Source of the DNA: an uncultured Sulfolobales archaeon
GTDB lineage: Archaea; Thermoproteota; Thermoprotei_A; Sulfolobales; NBVN01
Reading direction: 5' to 3'
Assembly: GCA_938045815.1 (NCBI GenBank)
Contig: CALIBI010000001.1
Location: forward strand, 4,111-68,110
Length of the DNA stretch: 64,000 bases
Part shown: positions 58,573-64,000 of the stretch, piece after piece
Numbering within the stretch: position 1 is the stretch's first letter
How the letters are laid out: each line of letters opens with the position of its first letter
Position numbers and translations under genes: made by a program
Notes under the pieces: generated by a model
What the model saw: only the letters and a program-made list of their open reading frames with translations
Told to the model about the DNA's origin: nothing
The model's database searches: none

Positions 58573-59336
58573 GGAAGCTTAGAGTAGCTGTTTATAAGTT
58601 CTCTAGTTGTGATGGGTGTCAGCTACAGTTCCTAAATCTAGAAGATGAGCTGCTAGAGTTGAGTAACTTCATAGAGTTTGCTTTGTTTTATGAGGCTAGG
58701 AGATTCGTTGGTTCAGGTCCTTACGACGTAGCTTTCGTAGAGGGTTCTATCTCAACACCGCACGAGGTTGAAGTTATCAAGAAGGTTAGGGAGGAGTCTA
58801 AGATCGTAGTAGCTATAGGTGCTTGCGCCACTTCCGGCGGGATACAGGCTCTCCGTAATTGGGCTAATGAAAAGGAGTATAAGCTGTACGTTTATCCGAG
58901 ACCTGAGTGGATAGAAACACTTAAGTACGCGGAACCCCCATCAAAGTACATTAGGGTTGATTACGAGATACGTGGTTGTCCGGTTAGTAAGGAACAACTA
59001 CTTTCTTTTGTTCTACAACTGCTTAAAGGTAAGATACCTACACTGCCTGTTGACTCTGTCTGCGTGGAGTGTAAGAGGAGGGGGAATGTGTGTGTCTTGG
59101 TTGCGAGAGGGATTCCTTGCTTAGGCCCTATTACTATGGGGGGTTGCGGTGCTTTGTGTCCTTCGTATGGTAGGGGCTGTTACGGGTGTTACGGCCCCAT
59201 GATAGACCCTAAGCCGGAGGTTTTGAATGCGTGTTTTAAGGAGTTGGGTCTCAAGCCTAAAGAAATACAGCTTCTTTTCAAGCAATTTACTAACTGGTCT
59301 AAGGAGTTTAGGAGGGTGATTGAAGAGTATGAGTAG
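58569..59336 (+). CDS. hyhS: Group 3b [NiFe]-hydrogenase small (delta) subunit
   Basis: SCDGCQ, GACATSGG, RGCP, CVEC...CLGP...CGA.CP. Confidence 0.93.
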   Translation: MRKLRVAVYKFSSCDGCQLQFLNLEDELLELSNFIEFALFYEARRFVGSGPYDVAFVEGSISTPHEVEVIKKVREESKIVVAIGACATSGGIQALRNWANEKEYKLYVYPRPEWIETLKYAEPPSKYIRVDYEIRGCPVSKEQLLSFVLQLLKGKIPTLPVDSVCVECKRRGNVCVLVARGIPCLGPITMGGCGALCPSYGRGCYGCYGPMIDPKPEVLNACFKELGLKPKEIQLLFKQFTNWSKEFRRVIEEYE

Positions 59337-60615
59337 GGTTATTAAGGTAGACTACTTAGCTAGGGTTGAGGGGGAGGGTAGTCTATTCGTCGAGTTAGAG
59401 GATGACAAGGTTTCTAGAGTTGAGTTAGGTATTTTCGAGCCTCCAAGATTTTTTGAAGCGTTCTTAAGAGGTAGGAAGTATTATGAGGTCCCTGACATAA
59501 CTGCTAGGATTTGCGGTATATGCCCTGTAGCATACATAATGAGTTCTAGTAGAGCGTTAGAGAAGATACTAACTGTTGAAGTACCTGAAGAGATAGAGAA
59601 GCTTAGGAGGATAATATACCTCGGCGAGTGGATTGAGAGCCACATGCTCCACGTCCTCATGCTACACGCGCCAGACTTCCTAGGGTATGAGTCTGTTCTG
59701 AGTATGGCTAAAGACCATCCAGAGATAGTCAAGAAAGGTTTGAAGGTGAAGTGGTGGGGCAACCAAGTAATTAGGGTTGTGGGCGGTCGCTCAATGCACC
59801 CGGTTTCTTGCAGAATCGGTGGTTTCTACAGAATCATTAGGAAGGAAGAGTTACTCCCGTTACTGAAGGAGTTGAATCACGTGAAAGAGTGCGCGAGGAA
59901 GTTGTTGGAGTGGGTGCTGGAGTTACCTATGCCTGACCTAAGAAGAGAAACAGAGTTCGTGTCGCTTAGGGGTGAAGGCGAGTACCCGATACTTAAGGGT
60001 AGAGTGCTCTCTAGTAAGGGCCTCAATATATCTGAGGACGAGTTTGAAGATAATCTTATCGTAGAACAAACAAAGTATTCAACATCACTTAGGTACAGAC
60101 TTAAGGGTAGGGGTTACTACATCGTAGGTCCTCTCGCAAGATACAACAACAATTACGACCTCCTAGACCCTGAGGTTCGTAGTGTTGTGGAGTCTCACGG
60201 TTACGGCGCCCCCCTACATAACAGTTTCCAATCAATAATAGCTAGAGCTGCTGAAGTATATCACGCGGTCTTAGAACTAGAGGAACTAATTAATAGTTAT
60301 AGGGAGCCTCAACAACCTTACGTGGAGGGCGTAGTAAGGGGAGGTGCGGGTGCAGCAATAACAGAAGCTCCTAGAGGTATGCTGTACCACAAGTACGAAA
60401 TAAATGAGAGAGGATACGTAGTTGACGCCAACATAATACCACCAACCTCACAAAACCTAGCAAGCATAGAGCAAGATCTTCTAGCACTAGGTAACAAGCT
60501 AGCAACACTGAACCCAACAGACGCACAGTGGCTAGCAGAACAAACAGTCAGAAACTACGACCCATGTATATCATGCTCAACACACTTCCTCAAAATAAAG
60601 TACATCAACAAATAG
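59320..60615 (+). CDS. hyhL: Group 3b [NiFe]-hydrogenase large (alpha) subunit
   Basis: RVEGEG, RICGICP, DPCISCSTH plus a short cleavable tail. Confidence 0.95.
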   Translation: MKSMSRVIKVDYLARVEGEGSLFVELEDDKVSRVELGIFEPPRFFEAFLRGRKYYEVPDITARICGICPVAYIMSSSRALEKILTVEVPEEIEKLRRIIYLGEWIESHMLHVLMLHAPDFLGYESVLSMAKDHPEIVKKGLKVKWWGNQVIRVVGGRSMHPVSCRIGGFYRIIRKEELLPLLKELNHVKECARKLLEWVLELPMPDLRRETEFVSLRGEGEYPILKGRVLSSKGLNISEDEFEDNLIVEQTKYSTSLRYRLKGRGYYIVGPLARYNNNYDLLDPEVRSVVESHGYGAPLHNSFQSIIARAAEVYHAVLELEELINSYREPQQPYVEGVVRGGAGAAITEAPRGMLYHKYEINERGYVVDANIIPPTSQNLASIEQDLLALGNKLATLNPTDAQWLAEQTVRNYDPCISCSTHFLKIKYINK

Positions 60616-60648
60616 TCACACCAAAATTCTTAAGTCACGACTATGTTT

Positions 60649-60726
60649 TGGTGGGCCCGCGGGGACTCGAACCCCGGACCTCCGCCTCGTAAGGGCGGCG
60701 TCCTAACCAGGCTAGACGACGGGCCC
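60649..60726 (-). tRNA. tRNA-Val(TAC)
   Basis: GGGCCCG/CGGGCCC acceptor stem, CCGCC-CTTACGA-GGCGG anticodon arm, GGTTCGAGTCC, encoded CCA. Confidence 0.95.
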
Positions 60727-61023
60727 TAACCACAAAAAACACAAAACAAACCTAATAAATCTTTAGCAGCGAACTCCCAGAACCTACTCTTATCTATTAT
60801 TTCCACCTCATACTACTCAGTGAGTATAGTTATCACCTCGATAACCAAGTATTAAAGAACTAACCAGCACCAAACCTCAGTAAACCCCTTAAACCCAAAA
60901 CAATTAGCAAAAGTTAGAAACTAGGTAATTTCAATACAGTACCTACCCTTATTTAATAGAATACTCAACTAAACTAATTGCTTAATTATGTTAGGGGGCC
61001 TGTTCTCGTGCTTAAGATTTATA

Positions 61024-61059
61024 AGTTCTACTCCAGAACTATAGTTCTGGGGTAGAACT
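61024..61059. promoter_or_regulatory. Tandem operator-like palindromes AGTTCT-N5-AGAACT x2 (together a 36-bp near-perfect palindrome) between TTTATAA and the ATPase start
   Basis: AGTTCT-ACTCC-AGAACT-AT-AGTTCT-GGGGT-AGAACT read directly; TATA 61018-61024, GTG at 61060. Confidence 0.65.
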
Positions 61060-62094
61060 GTGCTGTTTGATCCCAGACCTAAATCTAACAGGTCTGAGCT
61101 TTTTGGGAGGGATCGTGAGCTTGAGTTACTTCACGCTAATGTTGATGTACCTCTCATAATAATTACTGGTGTTAGAAGGGTTGGGAAAACTTCTCTTTTG
61201 AGTGTGTTTCTTAATGAGGTGAGTGTCCCGAACGTTATGATTGATTTGAGAGATTTACGTACTAATTATGGTTTGCGAGATCTGTATGGTCTGATCTCTA
61301 AAGCTTTTTCGTCAAGGCTTGAGAAGCTTTATGAGGTTCTCAGGTCTATATCAGGTATAAGAGTTGAGGGTTTTGAAGTAGAGATTAAGTGGAGAGGTAG
61401 GGGTTCACTCACGCTTTCTTCGCTCTTCGACGCACTAAACAGGAGAAGGATTATAGTAGCTTTCGACGAGGCTCAGAAACTTAGAGGTCCTCGTTCTCAG
61501 GAATTTCTTAATGCGCTTGCGCATGCGTATGACTATGATAGGAACGTGACGTTCATACTAACAGGTTCGGAAGCTGGCTTACTTTACGGTTTTCTAGGAA
61601 TTGATAAACAGAGCTCACCGTTATACGGGAGGTACTACTATGACCTCAGACTCGAAAGATTCGATAAAAACACCTCGCTTGAGTTCTTGAGAACAGGCTT
61701 CAAGGAGTTAGGGATACGTATAGAAAATGAAGTACTGGAAATAGCTGTGGAAGAGTTTGACGGGATACCTGGCTGGTTAACATTTTTTGGTAACGAATAC
61801 TTCAGAGGGAATAAAGATATAGCTAGAGTAAAAGAACTAGCCATAAACATAGCACTTGAGGAACTACAAAATATCGTTAAAGAGAGAGGCAGGAGATACG
61901 CGTTGGTTCTTAAAGGAATAGCTGAAGGAATCACTACCTGGAGTGGCTTAAGAAGATACCTTGAAGAAAAAGAAGGAACAACGATATCATCTAGCATACT
62001 ATACAATGTTGTGAGAAACTTGGAAGACATGAGTATAATCCGCAACTACCAATTTCTAGACCCTGTGTATAGGGAAGCAGCTCTAAGAATTTAA
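61060..62094 (+). CDS. Archaeal ATPase (COG1672/ATPase_2 family) with C-terminal wHTH
   Basis: LFDPRPK..R.ELFGRDREL, GVRRVGKTS, FDEAQ, TGSE, SPLYGR, C-terminal FLDP. Confidence 0.92.
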   Translation: MLFDPRPKSNRSELFGRDRELELLHANVDVPLIIITGVRRVGKTSLLSVFLNEVSVPNVMIDLRDLRTNYGLRDLYGLISKAFSSRLEKLYEVLRSISGIRVEGFEVEIKWRGRGSLTLSSLFDALNRRRIIVAFDEAQKLRGPRSQEFLNALAHAYDYDRNVTFILTGSEAGLLYGFLGIDKQSSPLYGRYYYDLRLERFDKNTSLEFLRTGFKELGIRIENEVLEIAVEEFDGIPGWLTFFGNEYFRGNKDIARVKELAINIALEELQNIVKERGRRYALVLKGIAEGITTWSGLRRYLEEKEGTTISSSILYNVVRNLEDMSIIRNYQFLDPVYREAALRI

Positions 62095-62126
62095 ACCTCA
62101 AGATAATTCCTTAAAATTCACCGTAT

Positions 62127-62774
62127 TTATTGTTGCCGATAACGTCTTATCATGATAGCTGTAGCTAGTGCTAATACAGTAACTATGATCGCTAAGAATG
62201 CTTCCGTTACCCACGCATCACCAGTTATCTTCAGTATCGTTATTCCAGCGATGTTTAGCGTCCCGTGAGTGATTATTGCTACGAGCAGGTACTTAACGTT
62301 ACTTACTGAAACCATCACTAAGACCGAGAATATTGTGTGAGCTACTACAGCAATATTCCTCTCTATCGCGCCAGGCAGTAATTCGAGTATGTTGTGGTTA
62401 TTGTAGGGATATGTGAGGATGGGAATTACGTATATGAATAATGCTTCAGTAACTCCCCACCCTAATCCTAAAACGATCGCGTTACCTATTCTAGGATTTC
62501 TTACTACTGGACTCCGAAGTATGAGGTACCTGATAGATTCCTCAAATATTCCGGCCGCGTAGGAAGCGATTATCAAGTACGTGCTCTCCTCAACATTATT
62601 GAGGAGTAGGTATAGCAGTGGAACTCTAAGTAGTAACGCGATTAACCACCCACTACCCCCAAGTATTGAGAACACCCAATCACTCTTCCAGCGAACTACC
62701 ACAGCGTATATTAATGCTGAAAGACTTGGAACTAATGACAGCATGAGTAGCGTGATTACCTCAAGCAAAGTCAT
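62127..62774 (-). CDS. YhfC/PrsW-like intramembrane glutamic metalloprotease
   Basis: AGIFEES.RY, GLGWG..EA, IER...H, HG..N. Confidence 0.85.
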   Translation of the reverse strand: MTLLEVITLLMLSLVPSLSALIYAVVVRWKSDWVFSILGGSGWLIALLLRVPLLYLLLNNVEESTYLIIASYAAGIFEESIRYLILRSPVVRNPRIGNAIVLGLGWGVTEALFIYVIPILTYPYNNHNILELLPGAIERNIAVVAHTIFSVLVMVSVSNVKYLLVAIITHGTLNIAGITILKITGDAWVTEAFLAIIVTVLALATAIMIRRYRQQ

Positions 62775-62794
62775 TTGATAACACTCACAGAAAC

Positions 62795-63331
62795 TCAGTA
62801 AATTGAGGGTTTAGCTTCCATGAGATGTTTCCAAGGTCCACGAACGTAATGGATTATGAGTAGAAAAACAGTGAAGATCGTTCCAGGTAGTACTGAGTAA
62901 ACATAAATGAGATCACCTATTTTTTCAATTATTTTGGTAAGTATAAGGTTACCCGAGTAGTTTATGAGGACTACAGGTAAATATCCTAGGATTAGTGTGA
63001 AGACTCCTCCAGTAAGGAGTATTGAGGTTAGAAGACCTTTTCTTAGCTTTAATTCTATGTAGTGCTGCAATAAACCGAGAAGAGCTCCGAGTAACGCGTA
63101 CTGAAACGGATACACTAATGGAGCTGCTAAATCGGCTGAAGAAACAGTTTTTGAGAGTTGTTCGTACACAACATCGTAAGGTACATCGTATGTTGTCGAG
63201 ATAACTTCAGCTATAGCTACCAACATCTCCTGAACTATGTAGCGGAAAAAGAGAATGTAGAGCAATCCAAGCACTAAGCCGCTTAACAACCCAGCTATAA
63301 TTCCGGCGAGAGCTGACCTACTATACGACAT
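62795..63331 (-). CDS. Hypothetical membrane protein
   Basis: Four hydrophobic segments; SD-like GAGGT upstream. Confidence 0.65.
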   Translation of the reverse strand: MSYSRSALAGIIAGLLSGLVLGLLYILFFRYIVQEMLVAIAEVISTTYDVPYDVVYEQLSKTVSSADLAAPLVYPFQYALLGALLGLLQHYIELKLRKGLLTSILLTGGVFTLILGYLPVVLINYSGNLILTKIIEKIGDLIYVYSVLPGTIFTVFLLIIHYVRGPWKHLMEAKPSIY

Positions 63332-63436
63332 GCACGCATTACCTCAATAACATTCACGTCTCTCAGCTAATATTAATACCGCAACAAAACAAGAACTAAG
63401 TCAGGGGTACTGCTTGAAAACTACTCGGAGCTTTTG

Positions 63437-64000
63437 TCAAACCATGTATTCTGAGGTTTTAGTGTTTCCTCTGGTCAGGGTTATTAAGGCTATCACTATT
63501 ATCATTAAGATACCTAAGTACTGAGTTAAGCTTAGGTACTCACCTAATATTACTCTTGAGAGGATTAGCGATACTACTGGTTCCAGAGTCGTTATTAGTC
63601 CAGCACGTACTGGGTTAATAGTCTTCATTCCCTCATAGAAGAGGATCACAGCAACACCCATACATGCCACGCCCCCGTACGCGACGTAGGGTAGTGAGTT
63701 GATGTTTAGGACGATCCCCTCAGAGAAACATACTATGATGGTTAACATTATTGTTGCTGAGAGCGTTGATTGAACAATTATTTCGTTTCTGCTGAATCCT
63801 CTAGCGTAGAGTTTTTTAGGTATTATTAAGGTAGCGGAGTATGTGAGCGCTAGTGCTAACCCTATTAAGAAGCCTTTCACTGAAGTAATAGTGAGTTCAG
63901 GATTCGTGGCTACGTAAGCACCAACAAAAACTAGTATTGAGAGAACCAGGCTGGTAGGGTGTGGGAGCCTCCCACATATCACGGACTCAATTAAAACAAC
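63437..64000 (-). CDS. EamA/DMT family transporter (5'-partial)
   Basis: Frame open to the window edge; FYEGMKTI..RAGLITTLEPV...LGE.L. Confidence 0.88.
   Translation of the reverse strand, partial: VVLIESVICGRLPHPTSLVLSILVFVGAYVATNPELTITSVKGFLIGLALALTYSATLIIPKKLYARGFSRNEIIVQSTLSATIMLTIIVCFSEGIVLNINSLPYVAYGGVACMGVAVILFYEGMKTINPVRAGLITTLEPVVSLILSRVILGEYLSLTQYLGILMIIVIALITLTRGNTKTSEYMV

Noticed and set aside
1-64000. CRISPR array, rRNA or intact transposase
   Set aside because: No regularly spaced direct repeats, rRNA-like tracts or transposase ORFs were seen.

Overview
Archaeal chromosomal segment. By inference it is Thermoproteota, most like Desulfurococcales: CdvB paralog, bifunctional PGI/PMI, DUF2208, tetraether synthase, tRNAs with encoded CCA. 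It is gene-dense and dominated by hydrogen metabolism: a complete but reordered membrane-bound [NiFe]-hydrogenase (Mbh-type) cluster with HycI and HypF (24.4-35.4 kb), a NikMNQO/CbiMNQO metal importer (47.2-49.5 kb) and a group 3b soluble hydrogenase operon (56.7-60.6 kb). Also present: an ABC exporter with a 1193-aa surface protein, the lipid genes GGR and Tes, pyrH/pyrK/pyrD, RavA (intein-containing)-ViaA, mre11-nurA-herA-rad50, three tRNAs (Leu-CAA with intron, Pro-CGG, Val-TAC) and a C/D-box sRNA. The most striking feature is absent from the ORF track. At 10.5-11.5 kb (minus strand) lies a pseudogene with several frameshifts that joins a [NiFe]-hydrogenase small-subunit fragment, a 2x[4Fe-4S] ferredoxin and an [FeFe]-hydrogenase H-domain homolog, i.e. 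a decayed hybrid hydrogenase. Other notable points: rad50 and pyrD appear to lack canonical start codons (ACG and ATC each sit 6 nt after a strong SD), and two operator-like palindromes lie between a TATA box and a start codon. All family assignments come from motif recognition by eye; no database searches were run.
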